NCBI GenBank assembly: GCA_951406725.2
Contig: OX597824.1
Location: 32,260,001-32,384,000 of the forward strand
Length of the DNA: 124,000 nucleotides
Source of the DNA: Octopus vulgaris
Lineage: Eukaryota
Direction: 5' to 3'
Part shown: in pieces, positions 67,362-82,600 of the stretch
Position numbering within the stretch: the first letter of the stretch is position 1
Layout: each line of letters begins with the position of its first letter
Translations under genes and position numbers: made by a program
Notes under the pieces: model-generated
What the model saw: only the letters and a program-made list of their open reading frames with translations
What the model was told of the DNA's origin: nothing
Database searches by the model: none

Positions 67362-68670
67362 CTGGAACATAACAAAACAATTGATATCATAATTTGTTAA
67401 GACAAATAATTATAACAATACAAAATGTGGAAATATTTAAAATATTGTGTTGATGTTATCTATCCCCTAATAAACTCTGGCAGAGAAGACATTCAAGCCT
67501 CGATCATCCTATCATTTATTTAGACATAGTGTATCTAGGACTTCATTATCTATAGTGTCCTTCCTTTTTAAGACAACAGGGGTTGATTTAAGGGAGATCT
67601 GGCTGCTATTTCTTGCAGATCATTGGAACACATAGAGGTTTTCTTTTTAACTTTTTAGAATATAATAATTTACATGAAAAACAGATGGCTAATGGTTAGA
67701 GAGATAGAAATGTCATGATTCATAGAATATTTCTTTTTACTATAAGCACAAAGCCTGAAATTTTTGGGGTGGGGATTAATCTATTACATCAAACTCAGTA
67801 CTCAACTGGTATTTATTTTACCAAACCCCAAAGGGTAAGAGGCAAAGTCATTCTTGGTAGAATTTGAACTCAGAACGTGAAGACAGAGGAAATGCTGATA
67901 AGCATTTTGTCCAACACACTAATGATTTTGTCAGCTTGCTGTCGTCTATAATTGAAGAAATATTAATTTCTAACATATGCCCACATTTTTGGGACAATTT
68001 GGTGTAGTCAATTACGTGAGCTCCCCACCACATGACTGGTATTTTATTTGCAGTATTTAAGAAGAATGAAAGACAAAGTTGATATCAGCAGAATTTAAAA
68101 TCAGAATGTAAAGGACCAGAAATTCATAAATACTTTGAGGTATTTCGTAGTGGGCCCCTGGCCTACTATTATCTTAATCCCACTTAATCTACTGAAAGGT
68201 CCCATTGATTCCCTGCTCCACAAATTCTAAACTAGTAAAGATACTGAATGGGTTGTCATTGAAGAAAGGAAATAAATTACTATATTACCATTTACAGTAT
68301 ATGTACTATTGTATAGAACACACACACATATATATAAATAAAAAGGGGTTTGTATGATTGTGTATAGAGGGATATATATTATTCAAAGGAATTCCAACTC
68401 TGTCTGTTTTTTATGTTTTATTTATATTCTTTATAATATTAATGAAGGATATAAAATATGTAGTATAAATATATAGTGTATATAGTGTATATAGTAAAAT
68501 GAAATGAAGTATTGATTGTCTTATTGAATAGATGAAATAGTGAATATGAATATTAAGGGACTCTATACTATATACAGCATACATATTATTTATACTATAT
68601 ATTCTATATTCTACATTAATATTATAAAGAATATAAATAAAACATAAAAACAGAGTTGGAATTCCTTTGA

Positions 68671-68706
<36 letters not shown>

Positions 68707-69128
68707 CTCTTTACTCTTTACTCTTTTACTTGTTTCAGTCATTTGACTGCGGCCATGCTGAAGCACCGCCTTTAATCGAGCAACTCGACCCCGGGACTTA
68801 TTCTTTGTAAGCCCAGTACTTATTCTATCGGTCTCTTTTGCCGAACTGCTAAGTGACGGGGACATAAACACACCAGCATCGGTTGTCAAGCAATGCTAGG
68901 GGGACAAACACAGACACACAAACATACATGCACACATATATATATATATATATATATACATATATACGACGAGCTTCTTTCAGTTTCCGTCTACCAAATC
69001 CACTCACAAGGCTTTGGTTGGCCCGAGGCTATAGTAGAAGACACTTGCCCAAGGTGCCACGCAGTGGGGACTGAACCCGGAACCATGTGGTTCGTAAGCA
69101 AACTGCTTACCACACAGCCACTCCTACG

Positions 69129-69200
<72 letters not shown>

Positions 69201-69858
69201 CTATTTGTGAAGGCAATGTGGCTCAGTGGTTAGGGCATAAAGCTCATGATCATAAGGTCAGGAGTTTGATATTCTCCAGTGGCATGTTGTATCCTTGAGT
69301 TAGACCTGTGTTTCCCAAACTTTTTGTGCCAAATTGCAATATCGCCTACCTGTCGGCCAAAAAATGTTCCATCGCCCACCTGTATGAAAAAAACCCTGAC
69401 ACAACCCTCAAACACAAAATCCCCCAGCTGCCCCCTCAGTATCATTTGATACACACTATATAGTAGACTTGTTGCCCTGTTATTGCCATTGTGTGTGTGT
69501 ATTTATCTGGGTAATAACCATATAACATGCTTTCCAAAGCTTCTATATGGTTATTGGTTACCATATGCCATCATACAGCAGGATTACTACTTTACTACTT
69601 TTACAGGATATACATGTGGAAATCCATTAGTGTATGCAGAATTCATTCAAGCAAAATTATAATACAGGATGGAATGAACAGGCTTTAATCCAAATCATTA
69701 AAATTGCTTCTGTGCATTGGTATCAGCTGGTAATTGCCGAGTGCTTCACATATTACACATATTATTATATAAATATATAACTAACAGCTGATGTTAATAC
69801 ACAGAAAGAATTGTTGTGATTCGGATTAAAGCCTGTTCATTCCATCTTTTTGCATTAT

Positions 69859-69893
<35 letters not shown>

Positions 69894-69917
69894 CTATCTG
69901 TCTGTCTGTCTGTCTGT

Positions 69918-70009
<92 letters not shown>

Positions 70010-70258
70010 CATTCAAAGCAATGATTAGTAAATTCACGAAACCAGTATGCTTTTGAATCTCTTTAAGAATTCCCAATAATGACTTTTATTACTTTTATTC
70101 CTACCTCAGTTCATCTAATTGTATATATCCATCGTAACTTTTTCATAAAAAGCCTTTACTTTTTTTGATTTCCAATGTGCATTTTCACTTCTTTTTCTTC
70201 TTACTTTCCCCTTACATTTCCATGTGTAGTTTCTATTTTATTTTTGTAACATATTTCT

Positions 70259-70295
<37 letters not shown>

Positions 70296-71103
70296 CAGTG
70301 TCGAGGTGCATGGCTAGGGTCTTGGACTCATGATCATAAGATTGTAGTTATGATTCTTGCACTGAGTGACACATTGTGTTCTTGAGCAAATCACTTCATT
70401 TCACATTGCTCCAGTCCACTCGGCTGGCAAAAATAAGTAACCATGGAAACTGGGAAACCAGTCCTTATGAGTTGGCATGAGTCAGGAAGGTAACCATTAC
70501 CTTTATATACAGGGTGCGGCAGAAGTAACACCCTTTTGTATTTGAGTTTTCTAGTTTCTAACTGAAACAATACTTAACAAGAGCACTCAGAGAGCACAAA
70601 CCTCGGCCAATGCAACACCAATGTCCTCTCAACAATTAGCCACAGATGATTTTTAAAATGGGAATATCTGAAATAGGGTTGACTGTTCTCACAAATAAGA
70701 ATACTAAAAATGAACTCAACCGCTCTCAAAAATTAAGTAAAAAAAAAACAGAAAAAATAATCCAGGGAGAACCAGGAATGATATTTGTGTGTGTGCATGC
70801 ACATGTGTATGAGTCTTAGTGTGTGTGTGTGTGTATGTGTGTGTGTAACAGCTGTAAGACCTTCTATCTATAAATGCTCTAATATCTACACAGCCTTGGT
70901 TTGTTATCTTATTACGCAAAAAATTCTTATATACACATGCTGACATAGAACCAACGTTGAACCCCTTATTCGCAAAATTACCAAATCTGGAACTTAACTA
71001 TGATCTGTCTATAGCACTTATTCAGCATTACCTGACACCTTTGGGTCTCAATGACACCATTATCTCTTATAACCTCAGATTCCTCTCTCTCTCTCTCTCT
71101 CTC

Positions 71104-71164
<61 letters not shown>

Positions 71165-74100
71165 TTATATAGTATCACTATTATTTGTTCTCTGCTTTCA
71201 TGCTGGATGCAAATATAGAGTAGATAAAGTGTGATCAAGTTGAGAAGTAGAGTAACATGTTATAAAAATGGAAAAAGAAAATCTTACTTGTCCAGTGTAC
71301 TCTGTGTCTGGTTTGTTAATAAGATGCATTAAGAAGAACCTGTCAAAAGAAAAAAAATGATTTCTTTTTATAACTGAAAACAGCAAGCATTTGTCGAAAA
71401 TGGCAAACCTGTATAGGCTTGGCAATGTGGGTTGGGGGGGGGAGGCAAATTTGAGGGGTACCCTGGGTGATACACACTCTAGCTATGCCACTGACAGAAA
71501 GGATCAAGAAAAGTGTTTAAAATGAAGCCTGGAGATGGGTGTGGTTGCAATATATATTTCTTTACTATCCACAATGGGCTAAACACAGAGGGGACAAACA
71601 AAGACAGACAAATGGATTAAGTCGATTGCATCGACCCCAGTGCATAACTGGTACTCATTTAATCAACCCTGAAAGGATGAAAGGCAAAGTCGACCTCGGC
71701 GGAATTTGAACTCAGAATGTGGCGACAGACAAAATACTGCTAAGCATTTCGCCTGGCGTGCTAACGTTTCTGCCAGCTCACCGCCCTTGCGTGGTTGCAA
71801 TATAGATTATAAGAGATGAGTTTGCTAGATGGACCTGACTGGAATCAGTATGAGAGCTGCCAACACCAATTAACAAAAGTCCCTATAGTAGTGGGAGAAG
71901 AGGTAGAACAAGAGAGACAATACATCTGCGAGAGGGTGTTAGAATTTGGTAGGTTTCACATCAATTTGTTTGGTGGCCTTTTTTTATGCTGTCTAAGATA
72001 TCTGTGCATGTAAGGTTGCACCATTCCAGGCAAGGCAGCTGTATTTCCTTGTGGAGCTCACAACGTCTTTGTAGAGGTTAAGTAATTTATTTATCCGTTA
72101 GTCAGGTGAGAAGGCAATCTTCTTGAACCCAAGGCTTCTGAGTTTAATGAAAAGAAGGGAAGATGTTCTCAAACAGGAGACCTGGCATGTTTGTTTGCAA
72201 CAGGGGGAATTCTGCTGAAGATACCCTACTTGATGATGGATCAATCCATTAGCATTTACACCAGCCATATCTGGCCAAATATTTAACTGGTTTTATGTTC
72301 AAACTGGCCCAATCTGACCTCTCACACTAACCCTACAATGTCATTCTAAAAATTAATTATTACCTCATGAAAACCTTAAACCTACAAGATAATGCATAAT
72401 TAATTCAAAATAATGTGAATAGATAAGCATCACATTTGACAGAGTAATGTGAATGCTAAAGGATTAAGTCTACCACTTAAGTAGGCTATGGAAGGGATTT
72501 GAACTAAGAATGCAATGTAAAGCATTTGGTTTAATGTTTTCACAATTCCAATAATCTATTGTCCTGGGCTGGTATTGGTTGGAACTGAAGCTTTTTTCTG
72601 GAGCTGAAGTTTAGTGAAATAATCCTTTCTTCTTTTGGCACAAGGCCTGAAACTTTTTGGGGAGTGGGGGCTTGTCAATTATATCAACCCAAGTGCACAA
72701 CTGGTACTTATTTCATCAACCCCAAAAGGATGAAAGGTAAAGTTGACCTTGGCGGAATTTGAACTCAGAAACGTAAGTATGGATGAAATACCACTAAGCA
72801 TTTTGCTCAGCGTGCTAGCAATTCTGTCAGCTCGCCACCTTAGTTTATACAAATAATGACACAAAAATAAAGAAAAATAAAAGTGATCAAAAAAAGATAC
72901 TTACATGTAATTTGCAAAATTATGTTCATTCATTACATGAGTGTCGAAACCATGCGGAACTTTATCAAAGAATTCCTTGCCGATACCACAGATGAAACAT
73001 TTAGACTGAAAATAAAATAAGGATATGATGACTTTCATATTTATTCTAAAAACACTCTGGCAGATTCAAACATAAATATGCTAATCACTGTTGTACCTTG
73101 CTACAGAAGATCGGTTTCTTTTTTGTAATGAATATGTGTTTATAACACTTGATTCATTAGTGCAATGGACTCTGAGATGGCTGGTGTTTCAACATTGTTG
73201 TGTCTCATTAGTCAGAAGCACCCTGGACTAAATTAATCTAATAAGAATTGGAAGCTCTGTTTATGACTTCAGTGGACAAGTTATTTGCTGATCCAAGCAG
73301 CCAACTGATAACTTATCATTCTATGCAGTGAACAGCAAGATTAAAAATGATGACTTGCATATAAAAACAAAACAATGTTGATTTCTAACATAAGTGCTGG
73401 TATAGCTGTGTAGTTAAGAAGTTTGTTTATAAACCATACAATTTCAAATTCAGTTTCACTGTTAGGTGCTCTGGTCAAGTACCTTTTATTGCAGCTTTGG
73501 ATCGAATAATGTCTAATGAATGGAATATCCATGAGTGAGTGTCTCTCTATTTCTGTATACTAGTGTAGAAAGGTGTGTCGAAAGGTAACTTAGTCATTTG
73601 CTAATCAGAGATTGATAAAACATAAGTACTAGTGTGTATGGGTCAATATAAATGTGAATCAGAAAGAAAGGCTAATAGAATTTGCATTACTTTCTGAAAT
73701 GGTTAATACTTCTTTCTATGATATGCACAAGACCAGAAACTTGGGAAGAGGGAGCTTGTTAATAATAATGACCCTCACCAGTGCTCAACTGGTAGTTGTT
73801 TTATCAACTCGAAAATGATGAAAGACAAAGTCAACCTTGCTGGAATTTGAACTCAGAATGTAAAGTCAGAGAAAAAAAAGTTAGGTAGTTTACTAAATTC
73901 TTTCAAATTGTTTTAACTTTTTCAAAATTATTTAACATACATAAAACAGTGTATTTTTGTTTGAAATACAATAATAAAGGAATTAAACAATGAGCATTGA
74001 AATAGCTAAAAGAATGGACTTGTAAGCATGCTATATTTTCTATTTACCTCCATATCTTCTTTTACTTGTTCCAATTGATCTCTCAGTTCTCCGAAAGCGT

Positions 74101-77100
74101 CAATGATCAAACCTGTAGAGGGATAAAAAAAAACAAATTTATGCCAAATTCTTCCTTGCCAAGCAATATTAAATTATATACAAACCTGTTGGAGTGTATG
74201 TGTATTTCTAATTGTTGTTAATATTGTTGCTGTTTAGCCCTAGGCCAATCCTAATTGAGTAAACTTGTGATCAAAGGCATTTTAGCTGTGACCATTCCAT
74301 CTTTTTAAGAGTATTTTGCTGATCGGGAAAGTGGTTTTTTTTATAGCTCAAAGTCAGATTGCAGAAAATACTTGAAATATCTTTGGTAAAAAATTTGAAA
74401 CAAATACCATTCATCAGTGATTGACATAATATCAACCCAATAATTTCTCTGTGTTAATGACTTATTGTATTTACTCATATGTAAGTCACACTGTTTTATA
74501 CTTGATATTAATTGAAAAAATTAGGGTGCATCTTATACATGGGGCAAATGCAGGTGATAAAACTTCTGTACAACAGCAAAAAGCCTTTTTGAGTCAGATG
74601 TGATTTTGGAACAAAAGTTTCTATCATTTTTAGTGCTCATTTTTGAAGCTTCAAGTATTAATGTTAAATCAGGGGAAAAAAATATAAAGGTTGCACATAT
74701 GTCCATGGCAACAGAAGCTTACAATTATTTATGCTAGGAATGCGAGCATTAATAATACAAATAGTTCTCAATGTTATGAGTTAATTTGTTCTTAGTAATT
74801 ACATGTTAATTAAGAACTTGCATGTGCCACTGGCACGGAAGCCAGTTTGTTGCTCTGGCAACGATCACACTCGGATGGTGCTCTTGGCACTCCACTAGCA
74901 CGGATACCAGTCATCGAATTTAATTTCGATTTTGATTTCATTTGCCTCAACAGGTCTTCACAAGTAGAGTTTAGTGTCCAATGAAGGGAAGGTATGCATA
75001 AGTGGGCTGGTTAAACCCCTGGCATAGGCCATGTGGTTATGGTCTCACTTGGCTTGCCGGGTCTTCTCAAGCACAGCATATTTCCAATACATTGAATAAA
75101 AACAACTACAATAGTGCTGAGCTAGGGAGTTTGGGTGGTGGGTGGTGGGTGGATTGCTAGCTCTCACCTAAGCAATTTTGTTTTTGGCTCAGTTGAAAGA
75201 CATATTCATCGATTTGGACATAAAGTTTTGGGCAGTGCACATTGAGTTACTCACTAGTTCTTATTTTTAACTTAGTAGATTCTTGTAAAGCTATAAATTC
75301 ATAAACTGGACACTTGTAAGTGATAACTACATGTAATTCTTTTCATTTAATAGTGATATTTCTAGAAGGAAACCATATTCAAACTATAGTAACATTAGTG
75401 AAGGAATATGCTATGTAGGTATACTATGCTATGTAGGTATAAAAAATGGATAGATGATGGTTGGAGGGATGTCGCTGGTAGGTCTAAAAACATAAAAAGG
75501 GATGGGTGGATGTAGATAATATTACATAAGTAGGAGTAAAAATGGATGAAGGTTTGAATGAATATAGATAACACAATAATATTTTCTCAAATTAGAGAGT
75601 TATTTTAATTGAATTATTTGTAACATACCCTGAATGATAGCCAGCAAAATGACAATGATGAAGAAGAAAAATGTGATATCAAATATAATTCTGTATGCTT
75701 CTGATGGATCTCCATCAGCTGGCTCAATTTCATCCCCTGAAAGAAAAGAGAACAGATAAAATGGATAAAGTAAATTAAGACTGTTAAACAAGTAAATAAA
75801 CAATTTGATTTTGGTTGCATTTATATAGCTTTGCAAATATAGATGACAGCAAGTCAGTCTTCTGTGTTCTTGTAATACCTTATATCTCATCAACAAGACT
75901 TGTATAGGATTCATATAAAATTAAATAAAAAATAATTTTTGTACATATCAAACATTAAAGATACTTTGCAAAAAATAATGGGAAAATATATGTAAATTAG
76001 ATGTAAAAGAGATGTAAATAAAAAGTGAAATAGATGTAAATTAGATGCAAATTTGATGCAAATTAGATATAAATCTGATGTATCATAGATGTAAATTTGA
76101 TATAAATTAGATGTAAGATAATGTAAAATAGATGTAAATTAGATGTAAATTTTATGCAAATTCAGATATAACTAAAAAATTAAAAAATGAAATATTTTTT
76201 ACATAATTTCATATTTCAAATTGGGACTTTGTAAAAATTATCTAAAATTTTTTATTCCAAGATATATTGAGGTTAGAAGTGACTTACCAATTCCCCCTCC
76301 TGCCCTGAGGCCAGTATGTAAATGATAGACAAAACACTGAAAAAAGAAAATAAATTTATAATAAAGAGATTGTTTGAAGAGAAATAAAATAACTGGGGTT
76401 AACAGTTTAGTAAGGAAAACTAGAATATTTTACGTGCTACATTCAATGATTGCTTTTACATTCAGTTTTCTTGTATATCGGATATTTATACAGTTGTAGA
76501 GAAATAAATCTCTTAGATTTTACCCCTAATAAGAAATTGTAAGAATTTCACCATAGGTAATAAAAAAAAAATTACATTATATATTTATCATCATCATCGT
76601 TTAACGTCCGCTTTCCATGCTAGCATGGGTTGGATGATTTGACTGAGGGCTGGCGAACCAGATGGATGCACCAGGCTCCATTCTTGATCTGGCAGAGTTT
76701 CTACAGCTGGATGCCCTTCCTAATGCCAACCACTCCGCAAGTGTAGTGGGTGCTTTTATATGCTACTGGCAGGGGAGCCAGTCAGATGGTACTAGCAACG
76801 ACCTCACTCAAATGCTTTTACACGTGCCACCAGCACAAGTGCCATTAAGGCGACGCTGGTAATGATCACGCTCGAATGGTACCTTTTATCTGCCACCGGC
76901 ACGGAAGCCAGTTAGCTGCTCTGGCAATGATCATGCTCAGATGGTGCTCTTCGCACCCTACTAGCACAGGGTCCAAGTGCCAGTATAAAGACAGTATTGT
77001 ATCTTTTAAGGGCAGTGAAAAATAAATAAGAGATGTTGTTGAGAGTAAATCCAGATGACATTTCATTCATGTGAACTCTTCATATTCTCTCATATTCCTT

Positions 77101-79588
77101 GATTTTAAATTCAAATTTCTGATCCTGCCTCATATTGTTAACCCAACAATACTAATGAGGGACAAACTTCTGGCATAGTGTGGGGAAATTGGCTTGCAGC
77201 TACTTGAATAAAAGAGGTATAGTATGAACAAATATAAAACCAAAATCAAAAGAAAATACATACTGTAGCCATGTCATGGCATTTGTAATCAACTTGACCA
77301 TCCTCTTCTTTGACATAGAACTTCCTGAAGAAGTTAAAGGCTATGACTGTGTAGATATATACAACAATACTTGTCAACATCACAGTAAGCACCAACTGCA
77401 AAAGGAGACAAATAAGCATCATCAGAAATTTTCAACTTCCCAAACAAAATGAAATTTTATCACAAATATTTTGTGAAAGAGAGAATGGACTAAACAGAAC
77501 AAGAGGAGACAACGAGGGATGGGGTATCACTGAGGAGGTCACAGGGTGTCTGACAAAAGATTTCAGACAAAGGACACTAAAATAAGAATAATAATAAAGC
77601 TGAAGTGAAGAACATGTATTGGGTTGTCTGGAGTGTTCGTGCCGATTTATAGTAGCTTATATTTCGACTTATTTTAGAACATGGTTGAGTCCATAAAATA
77701 GGATCTTACTATACCTCCATTTAGAGCACAGTTTAAGCTATCTTTTAGTGGAAGAAGGTTTATGTTCTTATAACCTGTGTTAATTCTGTAACCCTTTAAA
77801 ATGGAAGATAAGAAAGTTCATTTTCAGCACTTGATGCTTTAGGAACCAGACAAAAATTGCTGCAGCTTGGCTGTGATGTGTTATCCCACCCTCCATGTTC
77901 ACCAGATATTGTTCCATTGGATTTCCACTTATTCAGGTCTCTGCAGAATAGTCTTAATGATAAAAATTTCAATTCCTTGGATGACGTAAAAAGATACCTT
78001 GATGAATTCTTTGCCATGAAACCACCTCAATTCTGAGAAGAGGGTATTTTCAAGTTAAAGGAAAGATGGAGATGCATTGTGCAACAAAATTGTTCATATT
78101 TGGTTGATTAAAAATGTAATGGCAAGTATTTATTGACCTTTTTCTTTCCTTTAAAATCAGCACAAACTTTCCGGACAACCCAATATATTGTGTGTGTGTT
78201 TAATTGACAAGAAGTATGACCATCTCCAAATATATATGTTTTGCATTTTAATAATAATTTTCAGTCATATTTTAATTCATGTTTCATAATTTTATACCAA
78301 TTGAAACTTAGAAATTATTCAACCATCATCATTAGAAGTCTTATCAACTTTAATATAGCTATAATGTGTGCTCATGAGTTACCTTTTAGGTTTGTTGCCT
78401 GTGCCCCTATATTTCAATATAACTCATCACTGGCTTATACAGCAGACCCCAAAGTTCCACCATCATAAAAGTGTTGCCCTGTGCTGACTAGCCCCTTGCC
78501 ATCCCCAGCTAAGTAACTGTTTATCAACTGTCCAATTCAAGCTTTAAAAATACTCTTAACATTTTTTTTTTCAAGTACATTCTCAATTTAAATCCTTAAA
78601 TCCTTAAAAATGTTTTAGCCCGAAGGCTGCGGCCATGCTGGGGCACCACCGCTGTGCTGGGGCACTACTCTGTTGTCTAAATAATCTTCACTGTTTTTCT
78701 TAAGATTTTTTATACTCTTTACTCTTTTACTTGTTTCAGTCATTTGACTGTGGCCAAGCTGGAGCGCTGCCTTTAGTCGAGCAAATTAACCCCAGGACTT
78801 ATTCTTTGTAAGCCTAGTACTTATTCTATTGGTCTCTTTTGCCAAACCACTAAGTTACGGGGACGTAAACACACCAGCATCGGTTGTCAAGCGATGTTGG
78901 GGGGGACAAACACATACACACAAATACACACATACATATATATATATATATATACATATATACGACGGGCTTCTTTCAGTTTCTGTCTACCAAATCCACT
79001 CACAAGGCTTTGGTCAGCCCGAGGCTATAGCAGAAGACACTTGCCCATGGTGCCACACAGTGGGACTGAACCCGGAACCATGTGGTTGGTAAGCAAGCTA
79101 CTTATCACACAGTCACTTCTATTGATTTTATTTCATATATGAAATATCTTTCTTTTCTCAACAACTCATGAGCTTGCTTGTGATGCTGCATTGGGAAAAC
79201 ATTTTTAGAATTATTTTTGTTTCTTGTAAGATGTTGCATGAGTATGATTAGTGATAGCTAATTAACAAACTTTATTAATCCTTTCAAATATACAATATGA
79301 ACCCTTTCTTTTACTTTTTTTGCCTTTACTTGTTCAGTTGTTAGACTGTGGTCATGCTGGGGCACTGCTTTGAAGAATTTTTAGCTGAATGACTCACCCC
79401 CAGTGTGTATTTTGCTTTTAAAGTCTGGGACTTATTCTTATTCTATCAGTCACATTTTTCTGAACTGCTAAGTTACAGGGATGTAAACACACCAACACCA
79501 GTTGTCAAGTGGTGCTGGGGGACAAACACAGACACAAAGATGCACAAGCACATATGCACACACACACACACACACACGCACACACACA

Positions 79589-79637
<49 letters not shown>

Positions 79638-82600
79638 GCGCACGCGTGCACACACACACACCACGAAACATGTGGTTGGGAAGCATGCTTCTTACTACAC
79701 AGCCATGCCTCTTCCTTTCTTTCACTTCAATACTGAGTTGTTTTGAAAAATGCAAACTTAAATCATAAAATACATTATCGTGCAACTAACTTCCACTCCC
79801 TAAAATTACTAGTTATGCACCAAAATTTAAAACTATTATTATTATTACTATTATCTTCATACAATTTATTGAGACATCACTATCAGATCTGTAAGAAAGG
79901 CACAGATGATAACATGCTGAATAGTAATTAATTTCATTGATTAATGATTGAATTAAAATCCTGCCAGTCAGCTTTGACATTGCAAGAAATATTTATTATA
80001 ATCAGGTCAATTGATTACAGCTGTTTTAACACGTCATCTGTGTGTTGTGTGTGTGTGTGTGTAGCTACAAATTATATTTTGCAATAGAAATTTATACAGA
80101 TTTGAGGTCATCAACTGATTGGGTTTCACTAAAATCTGAGTAATGGGGTGGGCAGAAATGACAACAACTAAATTTTTCATTTAGTATATAGAATTTAGGT
80201 CAACAATAATTTGCCATAAGAATTTCCATTTAGTAAAAAGTTCCATTTACCTGTTTTCCATTGTGTGTAACGGATTGCAAAATAGTTCTCAAAGTTTTGA
80301 ATCCAATAGCAACATCAATTAGATGAGCAGCAAAGAAGAAGTGGTTAAAATTGCCCAGCACAGAGAAGGTGAAATACCACAGAATGTACAGGAATGACTA
80401 GAGGAAGACAAAAATAGAATGATTTATAAGTTAATAAGCTTTTATACTGTATGAAAAGAATTACATTTTCCATGTAATTTCTTAAAATAAATGAAGAAAA
80501 AAAAAAAGAGACTATTTAAATTACCTGGAGAGGAAAGAAAAAGAGATCAGTCAGAGAATGTTTGCAGAAGTTGGAATGAAAAATAATGACAAAGGACATA
80601 ATTCCAAGAATGATAATCCTGGTTTAGTTTTAAATGTTGTTAGAGTAAATAATCTATTTCTGATTTACAATATAATTCTTTATTCAAAAAATATTAAAAT
80701 GCATTCTGGAGGGAATGTACAGAATATATAGGTTTTAAAATTTCATTTTATATAATTTTTCCTTTCTTCCATTGTTTCAGCCACTGGTCATTTCCCAGAG
80801 CACAGATATCCATGAAAGATAAGGTGACAAACTTAACATCCTTTTACATCTCATGGCATGCTTTAATACAGCAGAAATAAAATTTAAGTTGTTCATGAAG
80901 AATTAGTCATGTAGGAAAATCTTAAACCTAGCCATGTCCCACTCCAAAATGGGAAGAAGAAATAAAAAAACTTTTAATCATATGCGGAAAAATTCACATA
81001 CTTTCAAACTGACATTTCCCTTTAAAGATGAAAAACTCCAACCAATCACCATCACTCAAATTTACTTTAAATTTATTCTACAGCTTCTCTATTAGGAATG
81101 GATTTGGACTACTTCCTTTAACAATATTTAAAACTAAACCTAGAAGTTACATTTATATATTTGTTTTGCAACATTCTTGATGTGAAATCGTGTGTTGAAA
81201 CAGATGTTGTATTTAGGAATGGCCATATTGCCAGTTTAGCCAATAAAAATAAATGCACTATATATTTGGCCGAAATAAGATTAAGATTAATGTAAAAAAT
81301 AAATAAAGCTGAAGCAAATTAACACCAAATATATAGTGCATGTGTTTTTATTGGCTAAACTGGCAACATAACCATTCCTAAACCTAGAAGATTGTTCACA
81401 AAACATATATCCACGTTTTCTCACTTATTCATTTCCATTTTTGGTATATCTATAATGTTTGACTTCTTCTTCTTTCCTTCTTACTCCTCCCTCTACCAAT
81501 GATTTAAATTTCCAATGTAATTAAAATATTTTTTTCTCCCTAACATTGATTTTCATCATTTTGGATGGAAGCACTCTGTCGGTTATGATGACGAGGGTTC
81601 CGGTTGATCCGATCAACGGAACAGCCTGCTGGTGAAATTAACGAGTAAGTGGCTGAGCACTTCACAGACATATGTACCCTTAACGTAGTTCTCGGGGATA
81701 TTCAGCGTGACACAGAGAGTGTCAAGGCCGGCCCTTTGAAATACAGGTACAACAGAAATAGGAAGTAAGAGTGAGAGAAAGTTGTGGTGAAAGAGTACAG
81801 CAGGGATCACCACCATCCCTGCCGGAGCCTCGTGGAGCTTTAGGTGTTTTCACTCAATAAACACTCACAACACCCGATCCGAGAATCGAAACCGCGATCC
81901 TATGACCGCGAGTCCGTTGCCCTAACCACTGGGCCATTGCGTCTCCACACTTTCATCATTTTACTCCTCACCACAGTAAAAAGGCTCACTTTATTCTTAG
82001 ACTGATATCAATCTAGAACTTTTTTTTTGTCTATAATTTCTGTTTTAGCAGCCATTTCAAAAGTTACATCAACATTTTACTCATTTGTTTCAGAGAAGAC
82101 AAATTTTTCAAGTTTCAATTCCATAAAACTTACATGACATAGAAAATTAAAATAAAACAATTAAGAGAAAGCCCGTTTCTCTTTAACCCTTTAAATTGTG
82201 ACTAAAGTTTGGTGGGAGATTTTAATTCAAAACTTATGAAATAAGACATTTGTACTCAGAGCCAGAGCCAGTTTCAGCCGGGTTGGTAATGAAAAGGTTA
82301 AGAAGTAAAAGAAAAAGAAAATAACGAATGTGGTAACAATTGGAGTATGTGTTATAGAAATGTTTAACACATACATTTGTATGTCTTATAGACATGTTTC
82401 CAGTTTGATGTTACAAAAATAGCATATATATAAAAAACAAACTCAGACCACAGAAGCATTTTGCTGACTTTCAAATTTACTTATTTACTAGAAAGGAAAT
82501 AAATTTCCCACAAAACAGAAAAAAGGCTTCTTTCAACTTACATTATCAGTAAAAATGACACCCCATTTCCAAAGTTGATATTGCCAATCCATATTTGAGA

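Noticed and set aside
75990-76165. Degenerate (GATGTAAATTA)n tandem repeat
   Set aside because: Ordinary intronic minisatellite.
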